Shown one piece after another: positions 50,587 through 60,722 of a stretch of DNA of 64,000 nt. The stretch is from Thermodesulfobacteriota bacterium. GTDB taxonomy: Bacteria; Desulfobacterota_D; UBA1144; Nemesobacterales; JAJCZQ01. The position numbers were made by a program, and so were the translations under genes. The stretch lies in the NCBI GenBank assembly GCA_965203965.1, contig CBDBDR010000017.1:1216001-1280000 (forward strand), read 5' to 3'. The first letter of the stretch is position 1. The number at the start of each line of letters is the position of its first letter. The notes under the pieces are model-generated. The model made no database searches. It worked only from the letters and a program-made list of their open reading frames with translations, and had not been told where the DNA came from.

Positions 50587-52200
50587 ATGAAGGAATTATT
50601 TAAAAAGGGAGACGCTTTCATCTGGATGACAGGTGTATCGCTTATGTTCACTCTTCTTATGATAGTGGGGTTGGTTTTTTTGATAGCCGTAAAAGGGCTT
50701 GGATTTTTCTGGCCTCATGACGTAGTAGAGTTGAGACTGAAAGGCGATAAAGTATATCTCGGTCAGTTTGCAGGAGAGGAAGTTATTCCCCAGTTTGGTG
50801 ATGAGAAGGAGAAAGAATACAGAACTAGACTGAAAATTGGCAACAGAGATATTTACGGGTTGGATTTTGTCTGGGTAAAAAACAGCCGAACTGAGAGCAG
50901 GGTCTTTCCAAAAAATGCGATTGTTATAGAGAGACGTGAATGGGGTAATTTCTACGGTTTTCTCAAAGAGATTAACGTGCAAGGGAAGATCGTACAGGGT
51001 AATAGCAGGGAGGCTTTTTTCTTGTTGCAAGAATTGGTCTCAGATGCAAATAAAATTAACAGAAAAATCGGGAAAATTGAGAAGGGAGAGATCGGAGATA
51101 TTAACTACAATATTGAGAAGTTGAGATTGAAGATAAGGCGTATAGAGCTGTCTGATAAAAATACTTCTGCAATAGAAACCTTGAAGGATAGTATAAGATC
51201 AGAGGAAGCAAAATATAATGAAAAAGAAGATGCACTTAAGGAACTTTATGGTCAATTAACTTCGAATAGTATTGTTATGAGATCCGTTGATGGTATGGAG
51301 AAAACCTTTCATGCCGGGGTTATAGTAAGGGCTTTCAAGCCCAACTCTATGGGTTTATTTTCGAAAGTTGGACACTACACCTCTAAACTCTGGGAGTTTG
51401 TCTCGGATAATCCGAGGGAAGCTAACACGGAAGGAGGTGTTTTTCCGGCAATATTTGGAACTGTTTTAATGGTACTTATAATGAGCATTGTGGCAATGCC
51501 GCTTGGTGTGCTTGCGGCTTTGTATCTCAGGGAGTACGCAAAACAGGGGTTTCTTGTCCGTGTAGTTAGGATATGCGTAAACAACTTGGCAGGTGTTCCA
51601 TCAATTGTGTTTGGTGTTTTTGGCGTGGGGTTTTTCCTTTACGGTATAGGGGGCACGATAGACAGTTTGTTTTTTAGCGATTCGCTTCCCAGTCCGACTT
51701 ATGGAACGGGTGGAATTTTGTGGGCTTCATTAACACTTGCCTTGCTGACGGTTCCCGTTGTTATTGTTGCCACTGAGGAAGGACTTGCTGCTGTACCAAG
51801 AAATATTAAGGAGGGCTCACTAGCACTTGGTGCCACAAAGTTTGAAACAGTCTGGAAAGTAATTATTCCCAGTGCACTTCCTGCTATATTAACGGGTCTT
51901 ATTCTTGCTATTGCTAGAGCAACTGGCGAGGTTGCACCCCTTATGATAACCGGAGTTGTAAAGCTGGCACCTGATCTGCCCATAGATAGTTACTTTCCTT
52001 TCATTCACCTTGAGCGAAAATTTATGCACCTTGGATTTCATATATACGACGTGGGATTTCAGTCTCCCAACGTGGAGGCTGCAAAACCTATGGTTTACAC
52101 AACGGCATTTTTGTTGATACTGATAGTGATTCTTTTGAATTTGACGGCAATAATTATCAGAAATAAATTAAAGAAAAAGTATGTGTCATCAGCAGTATAA
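50587..52200 (+). CDS. pstA: Phosphate ABC permease PstA with coiled-coil insertion
   Basis: GGVFPAIFGT, NLAGVPSIVFG, ARATGEVAPL. Confidence 0.94.
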   Translation: MKELFKKGDAFIWMTGVSLMFTLLMIVGLVFLIAVKGLGFFWPHDVVELRLKGDKVYLGQFAGEEVIPQFGDEKEKEYRTRLKIGNRDIYGLDFVWVKNSRTESRVFPKNAIVIERREWGNFYGFLKEINVQGKIVQGNSREAFFLLQELVSDANKINRKIGKIEKGEIGDINYNIEKLRLKIRRIELSDKNTSAIETLKDSIRSEEAKYNEKEDALKELYGQLTSNSIVMRSVDGMEKTFHAGVIVRAFKPNSMGLFSKVGHYTSKLWEFVSDNPREANTEGGVFPAIFGTVLMVLIMSIVAMPLGVLAALYLREYAKQGFLVRVVRICVNNLAGVPSIVFGVFGVGFFLYGIGGTIDSLFFSDSLPSPTYGTGGILWASLTLALLTVPVVIVATEEGLAAVPRNIKEGSLALGATKFETVWKVIIPSALPAILTGLILAIARATGEVAPLMITGVVKLAPDLPIDSYFPFIHLERKFMHLGFHIYDVGFQSPNVEAAKPMVYTTAFLLILIVILLNLTAIIIRNKLKKKYVSSAV

Positions 52201-52260
52201 TTAAACACTAATCAGAAATATAAGAGGATATAAATTTGTCATCAGTGTTACACTAAACAG

Positions 52261-53097
52261 ATGAATGATATGGTTCAAATTAATGAACAATTAGGGGTTA
52301 CCACCGAAACAAAAATTGATTCGCTGGTAACGTGTGAAGTATCTGAGCCAATAGTTGAGGTGAAGAATTTATACCTGAGCTATGGTACTAAAGAAGCTTT
52401 AACTAATATATGTATGGGAATACCTAAAAATGAAACAACTGCTTTTATCGGTCCTTCCGGATGCGGTAAATCCACTCTTCTCAGGTGTTTTAACAGGCTG
52501 AACGATCTTGTGGATGATTGCCATATAAAGGGTGAAGTCAAGATTAGCGGAAAAAACGTGTACGACCCAACAATTGATATTGCTAACCTTAGAAAAAGGG
52601 TCGGCATGGTATTCCAAAAATCTAACCCGTTCCCAAAATCAATTTATGAAAACGTTGCTTATGGTGCAAGGATAGCTGGTATTAAAAAAAAGGAAGTTGT
52701 AGATGAAATAGTGGAAAAAAGCCTCAGGAGTGCTGCTCTTTGGGATGAGATGAAAGATAGGTTGGATGACAGTGCTCTGGGAATATCGGGGGGTCAGCAA
52801 CAAAGACTGTGCATAGCAAGAGCAATAGCAGTTGAACCAGAGGTTCTTTTAATGGATGAGCCATGTTCTGCACTTGATCCGATTGCCACGGGCAAAATTG
52901 AAGACCTTATTACTGAGTTGAAAAAAAATTACACAATTGTTATAGTCACGCATAATATGCAGCAGGCTTCCAGAGTATCCGATTATACGGCTTTTATGTA
53001 TTTGGGGAAATTGATAGAATACGATAAAACCGAGAAGATATTTCTTAATCCTTCGCTAAAGCAAACTGAAGATTACGTCTCGGGCAAGTTTGGTTGA
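52261..53097 (+). CDS. pstB: Phosphate ABC transporter ATPase
   Basis: [47 protein letters not shown]. Confidence 0.98.
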   Translation: MNDMVQINEQLGVTTETKIDSLVTCEVSEPIVEVKNLYLSYGTKEALTNICMGIPKNETTAFIGPSGCGKSTLLRCFNRLNDLVDDCHIKGEVKISGKNVYDPTIDIANLRKRVGMVFQKSNPFPKSIYENVAYGARIAGIKKKEVVDEIVEKSLRSAALWDEMKDRLDDSALGISGGQQQRLCIARAIAVEPEVLLMDEPCSALDPIATGKIEDLITELKKNYTIVIVTHNMQQASRVSDYTAFMYLGKLIEYDKTEKIFLNPSLKQTEDYVSGKFG

Positions 53098-53233
53098 TCT
53101 ATGTCAAGACCGGAAAATATGAATAGATTTGCCGTGGAAGCAATGAAAGATATAGAAGTAGGTATTACAGGCATTATTCAAAAAGCGTGGATTTCGTTAG
53201 TTTTAGCTAAGGTGTGTTAGGTGGAGGGGTATC

Positions 53234-53905
53234 ATGATCAAATTTGACGAGGAATTAATAGAACTGAACAAAATGATTTCGGAAATGGCTTCAGAAGTTG
53301 AAGACATGATAGCGAAGAGCGTGAAGTCTTTGATTGATAGAAATATGATACTGGCACAAGAAGTTATTAACAATGACAAGAACGTCAACGAGATGGAAAT
53401 AGCAATAGACAATCAGGCTATCAAGGTGCTTGGGCTTTACCAGCCTGAAGCCGAGGATCTGAGGGTTATTACAATGATAATGAAAATCAACAATGATTTG
53501 GAAAGAATTGGCGACCATTCCGTGAGCATCGCAAAACTTTCCCTTTATCTTTCTGAACAGCCAGAGATCAAGCCATTGATTGATATACCTAGGATGGCTG
53601 ATAAAGCCATTGAGATGCTTAAAGATGCACTGAGTTGCTTTATAAATAAGGATCCCAAGGGGGCAGTTCTTGTGTGCAAAAAAGATGACGAGGTTGATAG
53701 TTTAGAGCCGCAGATAGTAAGAGAGTTGATGACCTACATTATATCTGACCCACATATTCTTGACAAAGCATTTAGGCTGATATTTGTAGCGAGGCATTTG
53801 GAAAGAGTTGCGGATCTGGCTACAAACATAGCAGAAGGTGCCTACTATATTGCGACCGGTGAAGTTTTGAAACATCATCATACTTCGGAGATGAATCAAA
53901 ATTAA
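53234..53905 (+). CDS. phoU: Phosphate signalling protein PhoU
   Basis: QPEAEDLR, DLERIGDH, DDEVD, LERVAD-ATNIAE. Confidence 0.96.
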   Translation: MIKFDEELIELNKMISEMASEVEDMIAKSVKSLIDRNMILAQEVINNDKNVNEMEIAIDNQAIKVLGLYQPEAEDLRVITMIMKINNDLERIGDHSVSIAKLSLYLSEQPEIKPLIDIPRMADKAIEMLKDALSCFINKDPKGAVLVCKKDDEVDSLEPQIVRELMTYIISDPHILDKAFRLIFVARHLERVADLATNIAEGAYYIATGEVLKHHHTSEMNQN

Positions 53906-55284
53906 ATAGAGGGGACGTTTCCATTTATTGGTAATTCAACTGTAAATTCACTTCCCTTTCCCATCTCACTGCTAAGAGTAATGCTACCACCGTGCACAAG
54001 CACGATATGCTTTACGATGCTCAATCCAAGACCTGTGCCACCTGCTTCTCTTGACCTGTTTTTATCCACTCTGTAGAACCTTTCAAACACTCTGTTCTGA
54101 TGCTCTTTCGGTATTCCTATGCCAGTGTCCGAGATTTTAACCACAGCAGACTTTACATCCTTATAGGAGTTTAACCTTATTTCTCCGCCGTATTTGTTAT
54201 ATTTGATTGCATTGTCTATCAGGTTTATCAACATTTGCTCCAAAAAAAACTTAATGCCGTAAATAGAAGGTAAATTGTCTTCCAGTTCAATTTTTTCCCT
54301 TATATTTTTCTCTCGGGATTTTCTTTTCAGAAAATTGACCGCGTGGATGATCATCTCGTTTACACTGGTCTTTTCAAAGTCCCAATTTGCTCTGTCCGGG
54401 GATAAAGCATATTTTCCCTCAAGCTCCGAGAGTATCAGTAAGTCTGAAACAATGCTTATAAGTCTGTTTGTATTTCTTATAATGATTTTAATAAACTGCA
54501 TCCATTCTTCCTGATTTTCATAAGCACCTTCGTCTATGGTTTCAGCGTAACCCTTGACTGAGGTTAAAGGTGTTTTCAATTCATGGGAGACATTTGCGAT
54601 AAAGTCGGCTTTGATCTTTTCTAGCTTTTTAAACTCTGTAATATCGAATATTACGATTACAATCTCTTCCAAGGGTGGGTCCAGCAAAATCGTACTGGCT
54701 AGGTAGTGTTTATCTTCAGGGTAGATAGTGTTTATCTCTTTTTCCAAACCCTTTTGGTTTTTCAGAGTTTCGGACAACATTTCATTAAGCTGTTTGTTTC
54801 TCAGAGTTTCCCAGTAAGGTTTACCGATGTGTGTTTTATCAAGTTGTAACATGGAGGATGCAGATTTGTTTACCAGATTGAGGGTACCTTTTACTGAAAA
54901 CACAATGACACCTTCACTCATTGCGTCCAGCATTGATACAAGCTCATTTTTTCCTCTGTTGAGATCGAGCAAGGTGTTTTTGAGCTTAATAGCGTTATCG
55001 TTTAATGTTAATGAAAAAGACGGGTACAGATAGTCAAGTGAGCGGTCAAAGGTGCTCCCATCAGATCCCCCCTCTGACAGTATGTTGGAAAAATTAACTA
55101 TCTTTTCAAGAACGGCGTTGATGGATTTTTCCAGGTGATAGCAAAGCAGTATAGTAAACAAAAGTAGGGAACCCCCTAAAATTATAATAGCTTTCCCCTC
55201 CGTGACAGAGAAGAAGTAGAGAGTGAGTAAAGTCAGCCCTAAGAGAGTGGTTATGAAGAGTAGATTTTTTCTAAAAAGCCTCAA
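53902..55284 (-). CDS. phoR: Sensor histidine kinase PhoR
   Basis: PAS, ANVSHELKTPLT, NLIDNAIKY, RFYRVDK-RSR--GGTGLGL; pst context. Confidence 0.9.
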   Translation of the reverse strand: MRLFRKNLLFITTLLGLTLLTLYFFSVTEGKAIIILGGSLLLFTILLCYHLEKSINAVLEKIVNFSNILSEGGSDGSTFDRSLDYLYPSFSLTLNDNAIKLKNTLLDLNRGKNELVSMLDAMSEGVIVFSVKGTLNLVNKSASSMLQLDKTHIGKPYWETLRNKQLNEMLSETLKNQKGLEKEINTIYPEDKHYLASTILLDPPLEEIVIVIFDITEFKKLEKIKADFIANVSHELKTPLTSVKGYAETIDEGAYENQEEWMQFIKIIIRNTNRLISIVSDLLILSELEGKYALSPDRANWDFEKTSVNEMIIHAVNFLKRKSREKNIREKIELEDNLPSIYGIKFFLEQMLINLIDNAIKYNKYGGEIRLNSYKDVKSAVVKISDTGIGIPKEHQNRVFERFYRVDKNRSREAGGTGLGLSIVKHIVLVHGGSITLSSEMGKGSEFTVELPINGNVPSI

Positions 55285-55288
55285 TTTC

Positions 55289-55978
55289 TTATAAGTCCAA
55301 CTTATAACCTATGCTTCTTATCGTTTTTATCATTTTACCCGAACTTCCGAGCTTGTCTCTCAGGTTTTTAATGTGGACGTCAATTGTTCTATCATATACT
55401 AACTTGTCGTCTCCCCATAATCTCTTTTGCTTGAGCAGTTGGTCTCTGGTAAACACTCTACCGTTACCATTTATCAGAGATTCCAATATTTTAAATTCGG
55501 TCGTGGTAAGCTCCACTTTTTTGTTCTTTACGTGAACCTCATATCTTTGGATATTGATATAGAGGTCTCCTATTTTTACCACGTCCTCAGTTGTTTCTTG
55601 TTTGTTTGAGCGTTTCAACACGGTTTTAACTCTCGCTAAAAGCTCCCTAGGGCTGAATGGTTTAACAATGTAGTCGTCAGCTCCAATTTCAAGTCCGACC
55701 ACAATGTCTGATTCAGTCCCTTTTGCAGTAAGCATTATTATTGGTATTGATGACGTGGAGTTTTTGCTTTTGAGCAGTTTGCAAAGCTCAAGACCATCTA
55801 TCCCAGGCAGCATAATATCCAGTATAACAAGGTTTGGTTTAATGGACTTGAGATACACAAGGAAGTCTCTGCCGTTTTGGAACTCTTTGGTTTTGTATCC
55901 TTCTCTTTTTAGGTGGTGACTTACAAGATTTAATATATCTTTTTCATCGTCCACTATTGCTATCAACTTGTCCATCAT
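55289..55978 (-). CDS. phoB: Response regulator PhoB (OmpR family)
   Basis: VDDE, LDIMLP, KPFS, RTIDVHI--LR-KL; pst context. Confidence 0.9.
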   Translation of the reverse strand: MMDKLIAIVDDEKDILNLVSHHLKREGYKTKEFQNGRDFLVYLKSIKPNLVILDIMLPGIDGLELCKLLKSKNSTSSIPIIMLTAKGTESDIVVGLEIGADDYIVKPFSPRELLARVKTVLKRSNKQETTEDVVKIGDLYINIQRYEVHVKNKKVELTTTEFKILESLINGNGRVFTRDQLLKQKRLWGDDKLVYDRTIDVHIKNLRDKLGSSGKMIKTIRSIGYKLDL

Positions 55979-56138
55979 ACGAATATTAAAACCTCCTTTG
56001 CATTATTCAGAACTTGTCAGCGTTGGCGGAATTTTCAGTGTCATTAAAGACTTTAAGGATGGAGATGAGAAAATCATGCCAGCTTCTTAACCTTATGATC
56101 AGAACTCTATAGCAATTCACAATTTTAATAAACTTTCC

Positions 56139-56192
56139 TTAACAAGATTTTAACAAGGTTTTAACGATTTTTTAATTGTTCAATTTTAGGTT
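56139..56192 (+). promoter_or_regulatory. Pho-box promoter of phosphate porin
   Basis: TTAACA, TTAACA, TTAACG, TTAATT at 56139/56150/56161/56172; TAGGTT at 56187. Confidence 0.8.
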
Positions 56193-56223
56193 TATAGCCA
56201 ATCAAAATTTCAGGAGGATGCAG

Positions 56224-57573
56224 ATGCAGTTAAGGAGTTTTGTTATTAAAGGTTTCATATTGTTACTTGGTTTTTTCATGGCACTTCCTTTCAGCACTTG
56301 GATTGCTAATGCGGAAAGCAACCAAGGTTACGTTGCAGGGTCACGTAACGACATCAGAAGTCTCAAGAGGCAGTTGAAAGAGCTTCAGATGAAGATAGAG
56401 CAGCTTGAGAATCAGAACCAGATTTTTAATCAGAAACTTTATGATGCTGTTAACACGGATAAACCCATGAAGGATAGTTGGGTGGATAAGATCAAGATTA
56501 AAACAAAAAAGGGTCTTACCTTTCAGACTAAGGACAAAAATTACAAAATGAGAATGAGACTCCGTGGGCAGTTTCTGGCAAATTATGTAGATCCAGAAGG
56601 TGACGACAATGAGGGTTTCGGCTTCAGAGTAAGACGACTCAGACTTTATTTAGATGGTAATGCTTTTGCTCCATGGATGAAATATAAATTTCAGTATGAT
56701 TTTTCAAGAGATGGTGAGCTGAAAGACTTGAAATTTATATTTGCTAAAAACAAGATGTTTGTACCTATGGTTGGTCAATACAAAGTTCCATTCAACAGGG
56801 GAGCGTTGAACTCTTCATCGGCACTTCAGATGGTTGGTCATTCTATAGTAACAGATTACTTTGAATATGGCAGGGATATAGGTGGTGGCGTTTACGGTCT
56901 TCTTGCTGATGGCAGGATACGCTATGAGGTAGGTGTTTTTCAGGGTGAAGGTGCCAACGTGGGAACCGACAATGACGACATTGGCGTTTTGTTGGCAGGG
57001 AGAATACAGGCTGCTGTTTTTGGAGACGATGCAAAAAAAGTTAAAGAAAATTTTGCCAAAGAGCCTACTCTTATTTTCGGTATTGCAGCTGCGGGAATAG
57101 ATGTTGATAGTAATGAAAACAAAAGTGAGAATAACATTGGAATTCCTGAAGGAGAAAGAACTTTAACGGGTGGCGGAAGAGTTACTTCCGTAACTGCTGA
57201 TATAAATTACAGGCACGCTGATTTATTCAACCTTACAGGTGAGTACATCGGAAGATGGTTGAATTCTGATGTTGACAATACAGACACCGCTTATGATTAT
57301 GGTTTCAGAGTTCAGGGAGGTTTGTTCTTAGTGCCGAAAAAGTTTGAGATCGCCTCCAGATATGCTATGGTTGTTTTTGATGACGACGTGTCTTCTGAGT
57401 CGGAGGATTTGTTGGATAACGTGTGGGCTTTCAATCAAAGTTTCAACTACTACCTGAGCGGAAATCACAAGTGGAAACTTCAGGTTGACTACACTTATCA
57501 GAGAGAAGAAAACACGGATGGTGTAAGGGAAAATGAAAATCTTGTAAGGGCACAGGTTCAGGCTTATTTCTAA
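56224..57573 (+). CDS. Phosphate-selective porin (OprO/OprP-like); start at ATG 56224
   Basis: AGGAGG SD, signal peptide, coiled coil, FRVRRLRL, GQYKVPF, C-terminal F. Confidence 0.85.
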   Translation: MQLRSFVIKGFILLLGFFMALPFSTWIANAESNQGYVAGSRNDIRSLKRQLKELQMKIEQLENQNQIFNQKLYDAVNTDKPMKDSWVDKIKIKTKKGLTFQTKDKNYKMRMRLRGQFLANYVDPEGDDNEGFGFRVRRLRLYLDGNAFAPWMKYKFQYDFSRDGELKDLKFIFAKNKMFVPMVGQYKVPFNRGALNSSSALQMVGHSIVTDYFEYGRDIGGGVYGLLADGRIRYEVGVFQGEGANVGTDNDDIGVLLAGRIQAAVFGDDAKKVKENFAKEPTLIFGIAAAGIDVDSNENKSENNIGIPEGERTLTGGGRVTSVTADINYRHADLFNLTGEYIGRWLNSDVDNTDTAYDYGFRVQGGLFLVPKKFEIASRYAMVVFDDDVSSESEDLLDNVWAFNQSFNYYLSGNHKWKLQVDYTYQREENTDGVRENENLVRAQVQAYF

Positions 57574-57610
57574 ACCAAATAAGTTTTTACTCATCTCTAT
57601 CATGTGATAA

Positions 57611-57647
57611 AAGACCCGGCTTCAACTTGCCGGGTCTTATTATTTCT
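57611..57647 (+). terminator. Intrinsic terminator
   Basis: AAGACCCGGC...GCCGGGTCTT then T-rich. Confidence 0.8.
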
Positions 57648-57805
57648 TATGTTGGCAAGCTAATGAACTGTTGACAAAAAGAAGAGAGTTTGTACAGTTC
57701 ATCCATCATAGCACTCCCTTCATCAAGGGGGGATAAAAAAGCAATGTCAATGCAAATCTACAATGAATTAAACAAGTAGACCATTCTTGGTTGAGTAAAT
57801 AACAC

Positions 57806-57834
57806 TTGACACGGCTTAATAATTTATTTACAAT
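57806..57834 (+). promoter_or_regulatory. Near-consensus sigma70 promoter
   Basis: TTGACA-17 bp-TACAAT. Confidence 0.75.
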
Positions 57835-57880
57835 ACACAGAAAAAGTAATCACATGATTTTATTAAGGAGGTAGAAAGAG

Positions 57881-59494
57881 ATGAGAATAGCCAAATGGCT
57901 TATGTTCTTTCTTATAAGTTTGAGCTTCACTGTACCAGTTGAAGCTGTTGATTTGACCTTGGGCGGTTTTCCAAGTTATTTTCGCCAAAGGGTTCGTTAC
58001 ATACAGGATGCCACTTATGTAAATGCTCTTAACGAGCAGGCAGCCATAGCAGATGGATTTGCAAATACTGATGATTCCCTCGTGTTTGTGGATACTACCT
58101 TTCGTTTGACTCCGCAGTTGAAACTGAGTGACGTTGTGACTATCAGAGCACAGGTTGACGTTTTCAGTAACAATCTCTGGGGTGGGCTTACTTCAGACTT
58201 ATTGGGTGCAGGTGCTGGTCGTGGTTCAACGGTTGTAAACTCGGGGCTTTCTTCTCAAGATAGAGTGAGAGGTCCGCTGTTGACCGGAAGTAGCGCCGTT
58301 GATGACAACGGGTTTATGGAGTTCCGTATGCTTCACATTGACATGGTGCTTCCAAACAATCTAGGTTTTGTAAGGATCGGTCGTCAGCCTTTTGACTGGG
58401 GTCTCGGTATTCTTGCAAACGGTGGTTGGGATCCAAATTCCGACTTAGGATTTTTGGTTGACAGGTTTTTGTGGCTCAAGACTTTTCCAACGGGAGATTC
58501 TAGTGTGACGTTAGTGGTGGTGAGCGATGTTCTTTCTCAAGGTAACACTTTCGCCACGGGGACTGGTAATGCCTACGACGTTGGAGCCGTTGCCGTTATC
58601 TACAATGTTCCAGATGTTGGAGGAGTTAATGTAACCCTTGGTGGTTACGTGTTCCCGTATATTCATCAGAACAACTTTTCTTTTGGTACAAGGGATTACG
58701 CTGATGATGGTAATTTTAACCCAGTTGGTGATTTAGACCGTTTTACTCTTTACTCTGGGTTGATTGATCTGAAGACTGATCTGTGGAAGGTTACTGCTGA
58801 ACTTCAGGGTGGGTTTGGAAAAATAAGCGATTTCTTCGGCCAAGAAGCTGATACAGACATTTCAAACCAGATACTCTGGGCGGTTCGTGGAGAAATGTAT
58901 CCAGGCACGCTGCCATTAAGTGTAGTTGGAGCTGAGTTTGGTTGGGCTGATGGTGATAAAGCTACAACATCTGCCTTAGATGAGATAGAAGGTGGAGTTA
59001 TTGTTTTCAGTCCTGCTTATAATCTTGACAACCTTCTCTTTAAGCACATGATTCCAAATATCTATCAAGGTGCTAACGCAATAGCCAGAAATGAATCCAG
59101 TGTTCAAAATGCTTATTATGCAAGGGCATACGCAACTATGAAGTTGAATGAGATGTTCTCATTCACGCCACAGGTATTGGTTGCATGGAATCAGGAGACT
59201 GAGAGCGTTATAACGGCAGGTCAGGATATTGCCAGTTACCTTGGTACGGAGGTTGAAGGTACCTTGACTTGGAATATCTATCCCGGTGTAACTTTTGACC
59301 TTATTGGTAGCATAATCTTTGCTGGTGATGGTCTTACGGATATGCTGGAGCAGCAAGCTGCTAATGTTGTTGGTGGATTATGTGCCGGAACACCTGATGG
59401 TGCTACTTGCGCGGCAGCCAGTGGCAGTGCTGAAGATGTACCTTATGCGATACAGGGTAAATTGCTCGTGTCCATTGACCAGTTTTTTAAGTAG
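57881..59494 (+). CDS. Putative outer-membrane beta-barrel porin
   Basis: AAGGAGG SD, signal peptide, alternating beta strands, RIGRQPFDWGLGILAN, LGTEVE, aromatic C-terminus. Confidence 0.7.
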   Translation: MRIAKWLMFFLISLSFTVPVEAVDLTLGGFPSYFRQRVRYIQDATYVNALNEQAAIADGFANTDDSLVFVDTTFRLTPQLKLSDVVTIRAQVDVFSNNLWGGLTSDLLGAGAGRGSTVVNSGLSSQDRVRGPLLTGSSAVDDNGFMEFRMLHIDMVLPNNLGFVRIGRQPFDWGLGILANGGWDPNSDLGFLVDRFLWLKTFPTGDSSVTLVVVSDVLSQGNTFATGTGNAYDVGAVAVIYNVPDVGGVNVTLGGYVFPYIHQNNFSFGTRDYADDGNFNPVGDLDRFTLYSGLIDLKTDLWKVTAELQGGFGKISDFFGQEADTDISNQILWAVRGEMYPGTLPLSVVGAEFGWADGDKATTSALDEIEGGVIVFSPAYNLDNLLFKHMIPNIYQGANAIARNESSVQNAYYARAYATMKLNEMFSFTPQVLVAWNQETESVITAGQDIASYLGTEVEGTLTWNIYPGVTFDLIGSIIFAGDGLTDMLEQQAANVVGGLCAGTPDGATCAAASGSAEDVPYAIQGKLLVSIDQFFK

Positions 59495-59530
59495 AAATTA
59501 AATCAGTTTTACAAAAACTGAAGAAGAGTA

Positions 59531-59567
59531 AAAAGGCAACCATTTATTATGGTTGCCTTTTTTTTTA
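59531..59567 (+). terminator. Intrinsic terminator
   Basis: AAAAGGCAACCAT...ATGGTTGCCTTTT plus T-run. Confidence 0.9.
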
Positions 59568-59616
59568 TTCTGATCTTGGCAGTAATGTCAGTTAAAATAC
59601 AGATCTGAGTTCAAAT

Positions 59617-60624
59617 ATGAGTATTTCAAGTGAAGTAAAAAGCGTCAGGAATAATGCGGGACTTATAGATCTTTCGCACAGAGGTAAATTGAAGCTGTCA
59701 GGAAAAGAGCATTTGAATTTGTTGCAGGGAATGCTTACTAATGACGTTATCAAGCTAAAAAAATTCAAGGGACTTTATGCAACCTCACTTACGGCGAAGG
59801 GAAAGATCATTGCCGATATGAGACTTCATAAATTGGATGATAACATCATACTTGATCTTGAGTCTCATATAAGCAAGAAGTTCCGTCAATATTTACTAAA
59901 ATACAAACTTTCTTATAAGGTAGATATAGAAGACCTCACCCGCAAACGCAGTTTGTTTCATCTCTGTGGTCCGAACTCAACTGAGGTCTTGAAGAGGAGT
60001 TTTAACTTAGGACAAGATTTACTGGACGAGTTTGATTTGTTGAAGTTAACTGAGCAGAGTAGAGAATTGCTTGTGGCTAAGATCAACCGTACGGGGGAGA
60101 CGGGTTATGATATTTATGCCGATGAAGATAAGGGATTTAGTCTCTGGTTAAGAATACTTAAGTCTAATTCTACTTATGGTTTGAAACCTTTTAAATTAGA
60201 AACTATGAACACACTAAGAATTGAAGCTGGTATTCCAATCTTGGGAAAAGATATGGATGAGAATACAATACCGATTGAATCAGGATTATGGAATGCACTA
60301 AATTTTGAAAAGGGTTGCTATATTGGTCAAGAGATTATTGCGAGGATAAAGTGGAGAGGTAATGTAGCAAAACACTTGGTCGGTTTTAATATTGAAGGGG
60401 ATAAAAATGTTACGACGCCGGGTTGTGAGGTTTTTGCGGAAGATAAAAAAGTTGGATGGATAACTTCTTCCACTTACTCGCCCACATTTGAAAGACCAAT
60501 AGCTCTTGGTTATATAAAAAGGGGGTTTAATAAAGAAGGGTTGAGTGTGGATATAGAAAATTCAGAGGCAGGATATGTGAAGGCAACCGTTGCTGATTTG
60601 CCTTTCATAGATAACTTTACATGA
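59617..60624 (+). CDS. ygfZ: YgfZ/GcvT-family folate-binding protein
   Basis: LQGMLTND, LRIEAGIP, KGCYIGQE. Confidence 0.88.
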   Translation: MSISSEVKSVRNNAGLIDLSHRGKLKLSGKEHLNLLQGMLTNDVIKLKKFKGLYATSLTAKGKIIADMRLHKLDDNIILDLESHISKKFRQYLLKYKLSYKVDIEDLTRKRSLFHLCGPNSTEVLKRSFNLGQDLLDEFDLLKLTEQSRELLVAKINRTGETGYDIYADEDKGFSLWLRILKSNSTYGLKPFKLETMNTLRIEAGIPILGKDMDENTIPIESGLWNALNFEKGCYIGQEIIARIKWRGNVAKHLVGFNIEGDKNVTTPGCEVFAEDKKVGWITSSTYSPTFERPIALGYIKRGFNKEGLSVDIENSEAGYVKATVADLPFIDNFT

Positions 60625-60722
60625 GGGTAATTTTTGCTTAGCACAGTAATATTATTGACTGTTATTAAGTTATGGTGATATTATTTGTATTCGTCAAGTA
60701 TCAAGTATTTAAGGGGGTATAG

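Noticed and set aside
48295..52200. Oversized PstC and PstA
   Set aside because: Long PstC/PstA variants with insertions are already known, e.g. in Pseudomonas-type pst operons
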